Numbered from the stretch's first letter, positions 12,895-28,500 are shown. The stretch: 64,000 nucleotides of DNA from Octopus vulgaris (GCA_951406725.2 OX597832.1:61938001-62002000), one strand, 5' to 3'. Notes: generated from the sequence alone by a model not told the origin. Translations and numbers: made by a program.

Positions 12895-15048
12895 TGTATG
12901 TATTTGTGTGTCTCTCTGACCCCACCACCATCGCTTGACAACCGATGCTGGTGTGTTTGCGTCCCCCGTAACTTAGCGGTTCGGCAAACAAATATCGATA
13001 GAATAAGTACTAGGCATACAAAGTATAAGTGCTGGCGTAGATTTGCTCGACTAAAGGCGGTGCTCCAGCATGGCCGCAGTTAAAAGACTGAAACAAATAA
13101 AAGAGTAAAAGAGTATATATATATATGTGTGTGTGTGTATGTGTGTGTGCCTTCTGTGTGTTTGTGATTGTGTTTGTCCCTCCGCACATATGTTAGGCGG
13201 TGTTGGTTTGTTTACGTCCCCATAAGCAATCGATGGGGGATGAGTACCAGACCTACCAGGAAAAATAAACAATGACTGATGTGCAATAACTGAAACGAGT
13301 AAAAAACATAAAACACAAAGCTAGAAAAATTAAAGATCACAAACAACGATAGATTTCAAGTGAGGGAGTGATTGGCTGCTATTTCTAACAAGGTATTACT
13401 CTAACGTGATGTCAGCATGTATATGATGGATGTTTTGAGAGGAGAGTGGAAGGGGGGGGGGGAATCGATAGTTACAAATGACTTGCACAGGGTTGAAGGC
13501 GGAGGATGTGGTGGTGGTGACGGTGGTGGTGATGGTGGTGGGTACTGGCTTTAGTTTTAGGGCTGGAGGCGTGGTTTCGCATCGTGTCGGTGGTAGCGGT
13601 AGCGGTGGATAAGGTTGTGGCTATGGTTATGGTGGTGACGTTGATAATGATAGCAGTTGTTAGTGATGCTGTATCTGTGGTGGTGGCACTGGTTGTGGTG
13701 GTGGTGGTGATCATGGTAGTGGTAGTGGTGGTAGTGTCGGTATTGGTGGTGGTAGTGGTGGTGGTGGTGGTGGTGGTGGTGGTGGTGGTGATTGTGTTGT
13801 GATGAAGTAGTTAGTGAGCCAGTGGTGGTCTTTTAGATTCAGGGGGCGTGGCTCAGCAGCCGCTATTTTAGGATGGTGGCGTTGATGAAGATAATGATGA
13901 TGATGATGATGACAAGGGCGATGATGACATTGATAATAATGATGATGATGGTGGCATTGATGAGGATGATGATGACTACGGCAATGTTGATGAGGTTGAT
14001 GATGATGATGATGACGAGGACGACATTGATAACGATGTTGATGATGTTGATGGTGGTCGTGGTGGTGTTGATGGTGTTGGTGGTGGTGTTGGTGGTTATT
14101 TGCGGTTGTGAGTACATAGATGAGAACCGCGATATTGATAGTAGTGGTGGTGGTGGTGGTGGTGTTGAGGTCGCTGTTCTTGTCTGGGGCGGGGATGGGA
14201 GGAGAAAGAGCGAGACGTTTGTGAGGTGGTTTGCAGTGGTAACTATGTTGTTGTTGTTGTTGTTGGTGGTGGTGGTGTTGTCGGTGGCGGTGGTAGTAGC
14301 AGAGAGCGATTGGTTTCAAAATGACTATAGTGGTCGTGGTGAGGATGGCGACGATGATCACAACTGTGGCGGTGGCGGTGGTGGCGACTGTTTCGGTGGT
14401 TGATGCAAATGATTTTGCTTCTGTATTTAACCCCAGGTCAATACTGATCAAGCATCATGCAGACTTAGCACCAAAGGCATCGCTAGCCTTCATCTTCCCA
14501 TCATTTCTTTTTCTTTTATATATCTTCGATTTTATGGCTGTTGTGTCTAGCAGGCCGAGCTCCTGTTAAAAGACTCCATTGGTGTGATAGGCGTAACGCT
14601 GATGGTGATGATGCTGTTGATGATGTTGATGATGATGCTGACGGGGAGTAGAAGCTGGAGGATGGCTGCCCGTTGCTATGGAAGCTGCTGATGTAGCGGA
14701 GAGTGACTGCGATGGTCATTTTAGTATAACAAGTTGCATTAGTAGCATTTATGAGTATAGTACCGCTGTTAGTGGCGATGATGCTGATGGCTTTGGTGGT
14801 AGTGGTGGTTGTGGCTGCGGCGATGCAGTTAGTGCGGGCACTCCGGTGGTTCGGAGTGGTTGTTTCGGTTACGCAGTGGTGGTGGCAGAGTTTGTTGAGG
14901 TGGTGGGTTTCATATTAGTGTTGTGGCGGTGGTGCAGCTGTTGATAGTGCTGGTGGTAGTGGTGGACTGGTGGGGATAGTAATGATGAAGATGATAGTGG
15001 TGTAACAAGGCTGCACCGGCAGTGATATTTGCTGCTGTTGATGATGAA

Positions 15049-15122
<74 letters not shown>

Positions 15123-15738
15123 CGATGGTGATGAAGGTGCTGGTGCTGGTGGTATTGGTGGTGATGAAGATGGTGATGATGATGATGGTGGTGGTGGATG
15201 TACTTGGTGTGAGGTGGTCTTCATTATGCTGATAGCGGTGCTGCTCCTGGGGCTGCTGGTGGCGGCGACAGCCACGGAATGTGTTAGGTTGTAGTAGAGG
15301 TTGTAGTATTCATGTACAATACGTGGTGGTGGTGGTGATGGTGGTGATAGGTGCCGGTAGTGGTGTGAGGAAGAATAGTTTTAATGGTGGAGGAGGGGGT
15401 GAGATGGTGTCTATTTTGATGCTGTTTTCGTTGTTGCTTGTTCTCAGATTGACACTGATTCCATCCGCGACTACCCACGCTATACATCCCACACGACAAG
15501 AACCCAGTTTCAAATTATACCATCCCGAACTTTGGTAAGAAAGTAGGGGGTGATTTGAGGGTAATTTGGCTACTGTTTCTACCAGGTCTAACTGAGAAAT
15601 TTAGATGACCACCCCGTCCTTGCTGGATCGTAGAAAAGACGTGTCTGTTATTGGTGATGATGATGATGGCGTTGGCGGAGGAACATTCGATTATGATGTT
15701 CTTGATATAGCTGCTACTGCTACTCCTGATGATGATGT

Positions 15739-15805
<67 letters not shown>

Positions 15806-16180
15806 AATGATGTTGATGATGATAAATGTGGTTGATGGTAATGATGGCAATGACGACGATGAACGACAGTAGCGATGATAATGACGACGATGATGGAAGG
15901 TGATTATGAAGGTGATGAAGACGATGACAACGACGACGACGACGATGATGATGATGAAGACGACGACGACGATGACGATGATGATAATGATGATGATGAC
16001 GACGATGATGGTGATGATGATGATGAAGATGATATTGATGCTGATCAAAATGATGATGCTGATTGGGATGATGATGACAAAGACAACCACGCTGACAACA
16101 ACGGCGATGATTATGATGATGTCTATGATGACGTACGTAATCATTGCAGTATTGGCGTGGTAGTGAGGTGGTAGTTGTGG
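11433..16180. repeat. Low-complexity mosaic of (CTA)n, (TGG)n, (TAA)n, (GAA)n, (GTA)n and (TGA)n with embedded old repeats
   Basis: Direct reading. Confidence 0.9.
12705..13110 (+). mobile_element. SINE family A, full-length (head, internal (TATG)n, 3' body)
   Basis: gcgtggctctgtggtaagaag ... ggcggtgctccagcatggccgcagt..gactgaaacaaataaaagagtaaaag. Confidence 0.85.
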
Positions 16181-16996
16181 ACGCATCGCAACGATTTGTT
16201 AACAATGTCCTCTTGGCGATGTGTTGCTGATGTGGCTGTTTGAAATGCTCCCTGCTGTTTTAACCCAAGGCCTGGGTCGGTCGCACAACAGACCTGTAAG
16301 CACTGCCTTTCGTGATAAATCATAAAATTGTACTAAAAATTCAATGACTTTCATGATCCACTTCTCTCTCTGAAACTACTGGACTTTCATTAGAGGGATA
16401 TTTAGCACCTATTTCTAGTAACTGGAGTGCTAAAGAAACCCCCAACCTACCCTCAACAAAGCGATCAACGACATTCTAACCATGACCATTGCGGCTCTCT
16501 CTTTTTCGCTGAAGTACATGTAACACAGAAGCTCTTCCTGTTGCGACACATTTATTTTTAAGGTGGTATTTGAGGGAGATTTTGCTACAATTTCCAGCAC
16601 GTCGAACAATCATTAAAAGTCCTCATTTTAACAGCTGTCATAGTTTCCGCTGTCAGAGAGGAAAAATGACAAGGAAATGGATAGGGGTAACGCTGAAAAT
16701 AGCAGTAAAGAGACGACGGCTGTCATTTTGTAATTCATGACAGTGGTAGTGGTGGTGGTGGTGGTGGGGTGAACGTGGTGGTGGGGGGTATTGGTTAATA
16801 ATGTTGTTAGTGAGAGTACTGTAAGAATAAAGTCTCGTCTTCGTGTATAGAACCAAGAAATGGAATATAAATGATGTCGGCAAAATGGCGTCGAGGAATC
16901 ATTAAAAATGAAGGAAAACAGAAAACGTATAGGAGCTGGAGAGCTGTCAACTCGGCTGATTGTTTAAGAGACGGACGAAACATGTATGCATATATA

Positions 16997-17052
<56 letters not shown>

Positions 17053-17069
17053 CATATATATATGTATGC

Positions 17070-17123
<54 letters not shown>

Positions 17124-17316
17124 TCTTTGTATATATACTTATCAATATCTACATATATATATGTATACATATACATAAATAAATATACACATATACATGT
17201 ATATAACATATACATATTTATATATTTATATATGTATTTCTGTGTATTTATATATATGCATATACATATACATATATATATTTCATGGGTATATATATTG
17301 TGTGCATATATATATA

Positions 17317-17407
<91 letters not shown>

Positions 17408-17707
17408 GTATATGTGTGTGCTTATATCTCTTAGTGTCTGTATGTACTTTTGTATATTTTGGGGTTTCTTTGGGCACGTGCGTGTTTGTTTGCGTATGTT
17501 TGTGTGTGTATACGTGTGCGTTCACGCATATATATTTGTGTTTGTTAATACGATTCAGTAATCGACTGAATCTATTACTCAGTAATAGAAACATTTATTC
17601 TTATAGAATCCACATTGTTACTCCGAGTTGTTTTCTCAGTTTACCAGTTGGTTCGCCATTAAACTATAAAATAACTACGGTTATAAAAAATTATACAGTT
17701 GTATATA

Positions 17708-18355
17708 CAGGCTTCATTAGGTAAATTGTTGCCATCTTATATTTTTTAATTTGCGCATGCGTGCTGTTTGCTTATGATTTTGTGGACTATAAAGTATAGT
17801 AGGGCACTTCACTCTGCCAGAAATTTGGAAACGACATGCTGTACTGCTTGGCATTCTCACCGAAAGCTTCAATACGAACATTTTAGAGTGTTTGGGTGTC
17901 AATCTGAGGTCAGTGCAATCTGAGAACATGTACCGAGAGTGATAAAAAGTCAAATATCCAGTTGAAATCATGGTGTTTGCAATGATCCTAGTGATGGAGA
18001 TGTTATACCTCCATTCATCTTGCCACATAGCCTCAAACTCAACACGGAGGCCCACATCAAGTGCCTGGAAGAGGCAGTGGTGCCCTGGGTCAAGAGAGTG
18101 GCTACTGGAATACACTAAGTTTTACATCATGCCACACAAGCAGGAGGACCTAGTCATGGCTGTCAGACAATTTCTACGACCACATCACCCCTAACATTCT
18201 GGCCATCTAACTCCTCAGACTGCAACCCCATGGATTATTTTGTGTGGGGCACAGTTGAACGAGAGACCAACAAACCTCCTTGTAACACCAAAGAGGAATT
18301 AAAGCCAAGGATTATCGCAGCATTCACCAACTTAAACAAAGAGACCGTCCAGAAT
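17708..18355 (+). mobile_element. Decayed Tc1/mariner (maT/DD37D-like) transposon
   Basis: Frameshifted remnants W.SNSSDCNPMDYFVWGTVERETNKPPCNTKEELKPRIIAAF (WPPNSPD.NP.D-type motif); 5' end ggtaaattgttgcca matches the end of the 3720-4563 copy. Confidence 0.82.
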
Positions 18356-18408
18356 AGTATATGTGTGTGTGTATGTGCTTGCGTGTGTGTGTGTGTTGTG
18401 CATGTGTG

Positions 18409-19068
<660 letters not shown>

Positions 19069-19769
19069 TATACACATGTATTAGAATTTTCTCTGATTTT
19101 TCAGATTTTTGTATGCTAGGGTATTGGTTTTAAATTGATATTAATTAAATTAATATTAAATGTATCTCCCTCATTATATATATATATATATATATATACA
19201 CGGGGTTTCTGCCCTTGGCATGTAGCTTCAACCGTGTTTTCTGACGCGAATTTGCTACCCAGGTATCGATTAACCGAATTATCCATACTAGGATAATTCA
19301 TTCACCTACTTAAATATATATATATATATATATATTTATATACGTATATATACGTACAGACATTTCCTGGTTATATACATCCCATATTTGCTCACACGGA
19401 CAGCGAATACTTCCCATTTCAACTGTCACACAGAACTGCCTTCCAACCTGGTCCCTACCATATGAGTCGGTTGATGTTGTCTTTCACACCTCTATATTTT
19501 TCCTTCGTTTCCTTACGATGAATATCTAGCGTTCGAAACGTCAAGATTCACACCCTAGCTTTTTAAAACGTGTCCGTATTGTTTGCTTTCATTTTTTGCT
19601 CATTGCTTACATTAATCATACACATATTCACACATACACTCACACACACACACGCACACCCATACACACACATGGGCTCAAATGTCACTTTATTTGCATT
19701 TGGGTTCAGTCGCTGTACATGGCATCGACCCATTCGCTTGGAGTTAATTTGATAGACTGCATCTATGTG

Positions 19770-20055
19770 GAAGACTATCATGAGGTGGTAAGTTCGATTC
19801 CCGAACCGGGCTGTGTGTTGTTTTCTTGAGCAAGACACTTCATTTCACGTTGCTCCACTTCACTCAGCTGTAGGAGTGAGTTGCGACGCCATTAGTGCCA
19901 AGCTTTACCAGCCTTTGTCTTTAGCTTGGAGAGGAGAGTATGCACGCGCAATTCATGGTCTTCCATAAACAAATTGGTCTGGACCTGAGCCTCAGCGGGA
20001 AATGTCTAGGAGCCATCCCTTGGCCATTCATGACCGAAGAGGTTCTTTACCCTTT
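19770..20055 (+). mobile_element. SINE family C (CORE-like domain; OR2-like)
   Basis: B box agttcgattccc; CORE-like cttgagcaagacacttcatttcacgttgctccacttcactcagctgtag; tail cattcatgaccgaag. Confidence 0.8.
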
Positions 20056-20123
20056 ATACATGTATATGTGTGCGCGCGTGTGTGTAAATGTATATATGTA
20101 TATGTATATATATATATGTGTGT

Positions 20124-20176
<53 letters not shown>

Positions 20177-20219
20177 TATGTATATGTCTGTGCGCGCGTG
20201 CGTGTAAATGTATATATAG

Positions 20220-20313
<94 letters not shown>

Positions 20314-21109
20314 ATGCATATATGTATGTATATGTGTGTGTGCTTCTGTTTGTGTTCGAGTAAGATAGCTTTTCAACATAAGAGACCAAAAATGAGACCG
20401 AAACCGATAGACGTTTTTTTTTTTAAAAAAAAGGAAGCCTCGGGTTCGAATGGTCCGTCAAAAACCCTTCAAAGCGGTTCCTCAGCATGGCCGTACTCTG
20501 CATGTTATAACAGTACCCGGCGTTGTTTTGCGTGTTGCAGTCGAGATATTGTGTGCTTCTGAGTAACTATAGCAGAACGATAAATGAATACATAGCATTT
20601 ATGCTACAACACGATATTGTTTGCGCCCTAGTAGACGTGTGGTGTGACTTAGAGCAATGTGGATTCATTCAGGGAAACGGTCTGCCATTATTTTTTGTCC
20701 GTATAGGTAGTTTGTATCAATCGTTGTCAGTTTATGCCTCAAAACACAGAGTTTTTCTTTCTTTTTCAATATTCGGAACAATACTTTAGAACTTGCAAAG
20801 CTAATGTACAATTGTATGGATTCCGGCACCATTTCTTCGCCTTGTATGTTCCATAGAATATATGATATACGATGTGATATCGAATGACAAACAGACCCCC
20901 CACCACGCACACACGCACCATTACACTTATATACATAAATACATGCCTACATACATATATAGATATATTCATATACAAATACATATCTACATCTATCAAA
21001 TCCATCTACCGATTATAGCTATTCATCTGTTTATCTATATATCACTCTATCTATATATCTGTCGGTCTGTCTGTCTGTCCACCCGTCAGTCCCTCCGCTC
21101 ACACTTCCT

Positions 21110-21171
<62 letters not shown>

Positions 21172-21175
21172 CATC

Positions 21176-21209
<34 letters not shown>

Positions 21210-21233
21210 ATATCTATCCATAATCTATCTATC

Positions 21234-21285
<52 letters not shown>

Positions 21286-21324
21286 CATCATCTATCTATC
21301 TATCTATCTATATATCTATCCATA

Positions 21325-21378
<54 letters not shown>

Positions 21379-21387
21379 GTATCCATC

Positions 21388-21449
<62 letters not shown>

Positions 21450-21458
21450 GTATCCATC

Positions 21459-21524
<66 letters not shown>

Positions 21525-21563
21525 GTATCTAACTTATCCATCATCTATCTATCTATCTATCTC

Positions 21564-21660
<97 letters not shown>

Positions 21661-21669
21661 GTATCCATC

Positions 21670-21750
<81 letters not shown>

Positions 21751-21765
21751 CCTACCTATCTATGT
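21110..21765. repeat. Long interrupted (TATC)n / GATA microsatellite
   Basis: About 650 bp of tcta with recurring tccatca interruptions. Confidence 0.95.
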
Positions 21766-22304
21766 CACCCTTTCACTGAATATGCTTCACAAATGTTCTT
21801 AGATTTGATGTTTGTGCAAGATGCCAATGCATATTTATACATTTAATCTATCGATACATTATGGGAAATGAGCAAAGCAGGATTGCCTAGTTGCTGCCCT
21901 TGATGTAGCTGTTGTTGCAAAGGTCCTTGCTGAAAATATGCATGTATGTCTATAATCACACACACGCACACACACACACACATATACATATATATATGTA
22001 CACATACAAATGTAATAACACCCAGTATAATCCGATTGGTAAACCAAGATCTCATTTCGCGATGGGTTTTGAAGATGATACCAACAGTAGGCCTTGCGTT
22101 AATTGTTAAAAAACAAACATAAATATAATAATGTGAAGAAGATAAAGTTAATGAAAATATATTAATTTAACACACGAAAAACTGGTGTTATTGACGTTTC
22201 GGAAGTTGATACATTTTCACCAAGAAAATAACCTGAAATGGAAAACATAAATATAAGGGCATGAAGAAAATATAGCAGGGTAATAATGGCGACGACAATA
22301 ATAA

Positions 22305-22522
22305 TAATAGATTCAAATTCTGGCACAAGGCCAGCAATTTTAATGGAGGGTTTAAGTTGGCTATATCGGCCCCAATGTTCAACTGGTACTTATTTTATCG
22401 AAAACGAAAGAATAAAAAGCAATGTCAACCTCAACAGAATTTGAACGCAGAATATAAAGATGGATGAAATGCCGCTAAGCATTTTTACCGGCATGCTAAT
22501 GATTCTGCCAGCTCGCTGCCTT
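22305..22522 (-). mobile_element. SINE family B (Meta-like), decayed
   Basis: aactggtacttattttatcga..gcatgctaatgattctgccagctcgctgcctt. Confidence 0.75.
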
Positions 22523-22565
22523 AACACCAGTAATAATAACAATTATTATCATTATTATTATTATT

Positions 22566-23145
22566 CAGTAGTTTTATTTTTATTTTTATAGCGTGCTTTC
22601 ACTTCACTACCGAGCGCAGCTCTGTGTGCCTTGGGTATGTGCTGTGGTTTGTTGTGATGCTCTGATGGTTATTGTATGGAAAGTGTTCTGCGTAGGATGT
22701 GTGCAGTGCCTAGTAGTGCAATTTTCTGTATGTTATATGTGTTTGTAAGTCCTGGTGTTTTTGTTATGTATTTGTCTGAATATTTTTTTATCATGCCTAA
22801 TGCACCTACTATGATAGGAATTGTTTCTGTTTTCAGATTCCACATTCTAGTTACCTCTATTTCCAGGTCTTTGTATTTTGAGAGTTTCTCCATTTCTTTT
22901 AGAGACACGTTGTCATCTGCCGGTACTGATACATCAATTAGAAAGCATTTTTTTTTCTTCATGATCTCTGACAACTATATCTGGTCTGTTGGCCTTAATT
23001 TCTCTATCTGTGTGTATCGGCATATCCCAGAGTATGGTTGCTTTCTCGTTTTCTGTGACCTTTTCTGGTGTGTGCCTATACCATCTTTTTTCTGTTGTTA
23101 TTCCATAATGTTGGCATAGCTTCCAATGTATGTAAGTTCCAACTC

Positions 23146-23146
<1 letters not shown>
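22566..23146 (-). mobile_element. 5'-truncated R4/Dong-clade non-LTR retrotransposon: restriction-like endonuclease C-terminus plus 3' UTR, inserted in (TAA)n
   Basis: Minus translation IHWKLCQHYG..ILWDMPIHTDREIKANRPDIVVRD then (frameshift) KKCFLIDVSVPADDNVSLKEMEKLSKYKDL..IPIIVGALG..LLGTAHILRRTL (PD-(D/E)xK RLE); (TTA)n on both sides. Confidence 0.9.
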
Positions 23147-23207
<61 letters not shown>

Positions 23208-23210
23208 CAT

Positions 23211-23640
23211 TGACGAACCTGCTATTAAAGCAACAAAACTCTGACATGAAAAGGGACCAGTTTTTCTGATATTAAATATTATTTGCATAAGAGATGACAA
23301 TATTATTGAAACCAGGAGATCAGATATGATAAAAGAGGACAAACGAAACGGATAGTGTAAAACCCAACGCTGCAGTGACGTCTGATAACAGAATGGATAC
23401 CAAAGAAAATGACAAAAACTGAGAAATATCAGGATGTAGTTAGAAAGAATTTTTTTCCTGCGGTGTATTTGTCACATCATTTAAATTATTACTTAAGGGA
23501 CTCAAGGAAACGGGAATCGAGCCTCGTATAATCGACCTTCAGAAGAGAGCAGTTCTCTATTCTTTAAGAATCCTAAGGAAGGATCTTGAGATTTATGGAA
23601 TCTTGTCACCATACCTCACAACTAACAATGGAACCTCGCA
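23211..23640 (+). mobile_element. Older, decayed R4/Dong-type RLE C-terminal fragment
   Basis: Remnants DNIIETRRSDMIKEDK, EKYQD and IIDLQKRAVLYSLRILRKDLE parallel the RLE motifs. Confidence 0.6.
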
Positions 23641-23887
23641 ACTAACAAAATTCGCATGAGCGAAATACATGTGAACATCCCGAACTGATATAATTAATTT
23701 AATTTAATCAACTTCAATTCTTTTTCCTTTTGTTTTGTCATGAATAAAACTTTTTTTATTGCGATGGAAACCGGTATCTCATTTTAATAAAAATGTAAAT
23801 TCTGTCTTTCTTTAATCCTTTATAAAATTGTGAAGGAATTTCTTTCTCTATAATTCTCTCCTTTCATTTCCCTCCCATTTTTCCTTA

Positions 23888-23961
<74 letters not shown>

Positions 23962-24457
23962 TACTTGGAAATGGATGCGTAACGTTCAATCGAATAATAA
24001 TATAACCAATATATATATATCCAAATAAACAAAGAAAAATCACACAAAAAACAACGCGTGGACGTGGTACATGTAAAGTATTAGCATATGCTAATATATA
24101 CATATATATATATATATATAAATACATACATACATATATGATGTGTACAGGACATCGCCAACAGTAAACAACATGAAATACGAAAACAAATGTGTTCGAT
24201 ACGCAAACGAGAGAAACAAATAGAGAACAGGACAAGCAACATAAAGAACGACCCTTTATTAGGTGTCGGCTATCTACGTACTCCTCATTTCGAGCATTGA
24301 GCCAGTCTTCAAAGACAGTTGCTCCCTTAAGTATCAAAATATAATTTGAGAATTATGGAGGGTCAAAGCTGGGAACAAAAACAGGACAGTGGAGATATAC
24401 AAGGAAACCGAACGAAAACAAACATGGCGGTCGTTAGACCAGAACGAGGCTTAAATA

Positions 24458-24510
<53 letters not shown>

Positions 24511-25949
24511 CATACATACACAGACGGAATAACATGAGCGTTTTGGCAGGAAGTTTTTGTATCTTGTCACAGTTCCGTGTTCCGTTTTTTGGTACATGAA
24601 TAGAGAGAAGTAGAGAGGGACAAACTAAATGTGAGAGAGAAGGGAGGGAGAGAGATGGAGAGCGAGGGAGAGAGGTGGAGAGCGAGGGAGGGGGAGAGAT
24701 TGTGTGTGTGAGAGAGAGAGAGAGAGAAAGGATTGGGAGGAAGAAATCGCATCTGTGTTCAAGCAATATTTCCTTATTTCCAAAGTTCAAACAGCATATC
24801 TGAGTGATGTAATAGAAGGCATGGAAGACGCCAGATGTCGTTATACAGGACAAGACCATTCTTCCATTGCTACACTATTTATATGCTGCCACACTTGGCA
24901 AATAAACAAACATCATTTCTTCTTTTGCTACTTCATCTTCAACATTTTCTTCTTCTCCTCCCCTTGTCCTCCTTCCCGTCTTTCTTCTTTTTCTTCTTCT
25001 CCCTCCTATTTTTACTCTTCTTCCTTTTCTCCCCTTCTTGTCTTCCCTTTCTTCTGCTTCCCTTTCTTCTGCTTCCCTTTCTTCTGCTTCCCTTTCTTCT
25101 GCTTCTTTTTCTTCTTCCGCTTCTTCTTCTTCCGCTTCTTCTTCTTCTTCTTCTTCTTCTTCTTCTTCTTCTTCTTCTTCTTCTTCTTCTTCTTCTTCTT
25201 CTTCTTCTTCTTCTTCTTCATCTCCTCCTTCTCCTGCTCCTCCCCTCCTCTCCCTCTTTCTACTTCTTTTCCTTCTCTTTCTTCCCATTCACAGCTATAT
25301 GCATGTTATCATTGATAACATACATTTCAACAGATTCGACAAGCATAAATATACAATAATACATTTTTTCCAGCGTGCATTTCTTCTAAAATATAACGTC
25401 GAAGGGTCAAAGTGTGAAAGTAATCAACATTCTCTAAAATTCTTTATGTTCTTAAAAGACTTTTACGAACTTAGCATTGGAATCATAGAAACCCTCTAAA
25501 TATTCAATCACACATTTTATATTCTTCACATTGTTTTTCGTTCTCGATTTCTATATAGGGGTGGGAGAAGTGGTATATTAGAGGATTCCGGATGGACATT
25601 ATCATTGTAGCCTTTTTATGTGGATACAGGTGTGTTGTTATAACGAACCGCTGCTAGTTGCGTAACTATTGTATGTTAAGATATGATGAGCTATAGAAGG
25701 TTTATATGACAAAAGCCATCATTGGATCAAGCAGAACGTAGAACGCACCTGCTTTAGGAATCGCAGGTGAAACTTCGCGAAGAGTAAAAAGAGAAAGAAA
25801 AAACAAAGAACAATTGCAACAGACACCGAATGTTCCTATACAGTATGTTTGATATTGTGTGTTTACGTGCATTCGTGTGTGTGTGTGTGTGTGTGTGTGT
25901 GCATGAATGGATTCATATTTATATGACGTACATATATATATATATACAT

Positions 25950-26120
25950 TTAAGGTGATTTTAGAGTCAGGGTTTTGACTGCTATTTCGGCATGGTGGTG
26001 TCTCTCAGATACCCTTATTTATAGTTGTAAACAATTATTACCTTTGTATGGTATTTATTCCCATGCTGACCTCTTGATAATATCGATATTTAAATATCGA
26101 TATTATCCTTATTTATAAAT
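25950..26120 (+). mobile_element. Short TA-associated repeat (probably a PLE pLTR 3' fragment); related copies at 28005-28200 (+) and 47318-47420 (-)
   Basis: Shared taaggtg.ttttag..tgactgctattt..gcat.gtggt.tctc.cagataccct..cccatgctgacc.cttgataa. Confidence 0.6.
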
Positions 26121-26139
26121 ATATATATATATATATATG

Positions 26140-26180
<41 letters not shown>

Positions 26181-26298
26181 GTACATATATGCATGTCTAT
26201 GTATGTTTATATATATGCTTGTCTATAACTACACATTCATCTACATTTATGTATATACATATATTTTATACACATATATCTACATATATATGTCAATG

Positions 26299-26329
<31 letters not shown>

Positions 26330-27559
26330 GCAGATGTATATATATATATAATACCAACATTTCAATGCCTGTCTATATGTTGTATGTATGCGTGTGTGTA
26401 TGTGTGCATGTGCATGAGAGAGGGACATTGAGTGAGTGAATGAGTGAGTGAGTGCGTTTGTATGTACAAACTCACACACACATAAAAGAATCTGAAATAA
26501 AGTGTTGCTTCTTTCTTCAAATTCAAGAGATAATGAGATAGAACCGAGTTTGACATTGGTCGAGTCGGAATTCCTAGATATTTATGTGAAGCATTTCGAT
26601 GAAGAATACATTTTAGTTTCTTTCCTCTCTCTTTAAAGAATACAACGTAAAAAAGGATTATAACAAAAAGTACCGAACCACACCAACAAAAACGTATCAT
26701 TTACAAGAAAATTTACTTTGCTTCAAATTGCAGTGATCCCCACTCTACTCCATCCAAGAAATTTCACACAATAATGTCATATTCTCGTTTTTCTATTGAA
26801 TTTCCATCGCAAAATATGGCGCCCGTAATATTCTCTTGCATTGAACATGTAGAGAATACGGATTTGGATGGATACCAATGGTATTCTTCCAGAGGAGAAA
26901 GAGACGAAGTGTCTTTGTGGCAAAGTAACCTTGTCAAAAGGGAAGATAATAATTGCTAATCCAAATACAAAATTTACTTGCCAAGAAATAATCCCTCCAT
27001 ACAGAAGTCTCTAAACCTCGTTGTGTAGACTGACCTTGTAGAAATAAGGTTTGCGTTTATCCTCTAATTCTGGATGTGTCCATGAATACAGTCAGATGTT
27101 TTATTTCTGTGTTTTACATCGGCTTTACTTTCTGCCATTATAAGAATCGCTTCCACACTGGGAAACAAACTTGCAATTTCAGAGCCAAATTATTCATAAA
27201 TTTTGCCCATGATTTGCTGCTAGTTCTCTCCATCCCACTCTCGCTCTCTCCCTTACTTCCTCCTTCTCTCTTACTCTCTCTCTCTCTCACTCTCTTTCCT
27301 CTCGCTCTCTATCTCTCTTTTTGTCTGCCTTCCCTACATGTGTCAGCGATCGTAGGCCTTCATGCCAAAGCCTGAAGGTTAATTGGTTTTTTCTGGAGAA
27401 ATAATCGAAGATTGAGACACCGCGTAAGTTACTTGGAATGATAGAAATAGGAACCAAATCTCAATGGAGTCACATTCTGCTGTCTTATATAATGAAAAAA
27501 AAAAACGTTGAATAATGTAACACCACGTGTCCCAAAATGCTAGTGGCCTCTCCACCATC

Positions 27560-27960
27560 TCGCTGGCCCAATCATTTCTCTATTTGATGCTGGTTGGTCG
27601 CAGAGGTGGCTTCCTTCTTGCTGCCATAGTAACCAAGTCTCTGGAGATACCTGACAGCTGTTCTGGGAATGACATCAATTTGTTCTACTATGTCAGAGGT
27701 CTTGCAATGAAAATTATGCTCCACACTTCTCTTAATAAAGAGAAGGGTCCTATCAGAGGGCGCTGGTTGATCTGGGAAAGTTGATGTGGACTCCTTCCCC
27801 TCTCTGGTGAATTGCTCATCCATTTTATTAACTGTAAAAAGCGGGATTCCCATATGTATTTATGTTTCTCTTCTATGTGTATTCTACTGACGAGGCAAAG
27901 CATTCCTAAATGCAAAGCCAGAAATGCGGGATCTAGAATTACCCAGTAATTTTTTACTAG
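27560..27960 (-). mobile_element. Tc1-family transposase N-terminal (HTH) remnant
   Basis: SDRTLLFIKRSVEHNFHCKTSDIVEQIDVIPRTAVRYLQRLGYYG, then a frameshifted RRKPPLRPTSIK resembling the Tc1 (R/K)KP motif. Confidence 0.7.
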
Positions 27961-28250
27961 TTTCATCTTGTCTCTATTTTCTCTCCGTGTTGATATATGG
28001 ACAATTAAGGTGGTTTTAGTGTTAGATCATGACTGCTATTTTCAGCATAGTGGTATCTCGCAGATACCCTAATTTATGATTTTTATAATTATTACTTTTG
28101 AAGGTTATTTTTTCCCTTTCCCATGCTGACCACTTGATAAAATCGTTATTTTATTTTAAAATTAACTATCTTATCCTTATTTATATAAATTTAAATAAAT
28201 ATATATATATACAGACATACATACATGAACATATATCTATTCATATACTC

Positions 28251-28285
<35 letters not shown>

Positions 28286-28464
28286 TATATAGATATATAT
28301 ATATATATATATATATATGCATACATATATATCTATTTATATTCTCGTATATACATATATGTGTATATATATACATATGTATATAAATATATGAATATAT
28401 ATGTATATATATATATAAATATATTTATATAAGTATAGATATATATATACACATATATGTATAA

Positions 28465-28500
<36 letters not shown>

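Noticed and set aside
23735-23790. GAAACCGGTA hammerhead-like 3' half
   Set aside because: No recognisable CUGANGA or helix II upstream.
26480-27230. Possible host exon(s) in non-repetitive sequence
   Set aside because: Only short ORFs with no recognisable motif; cannot be supported without transcript data.
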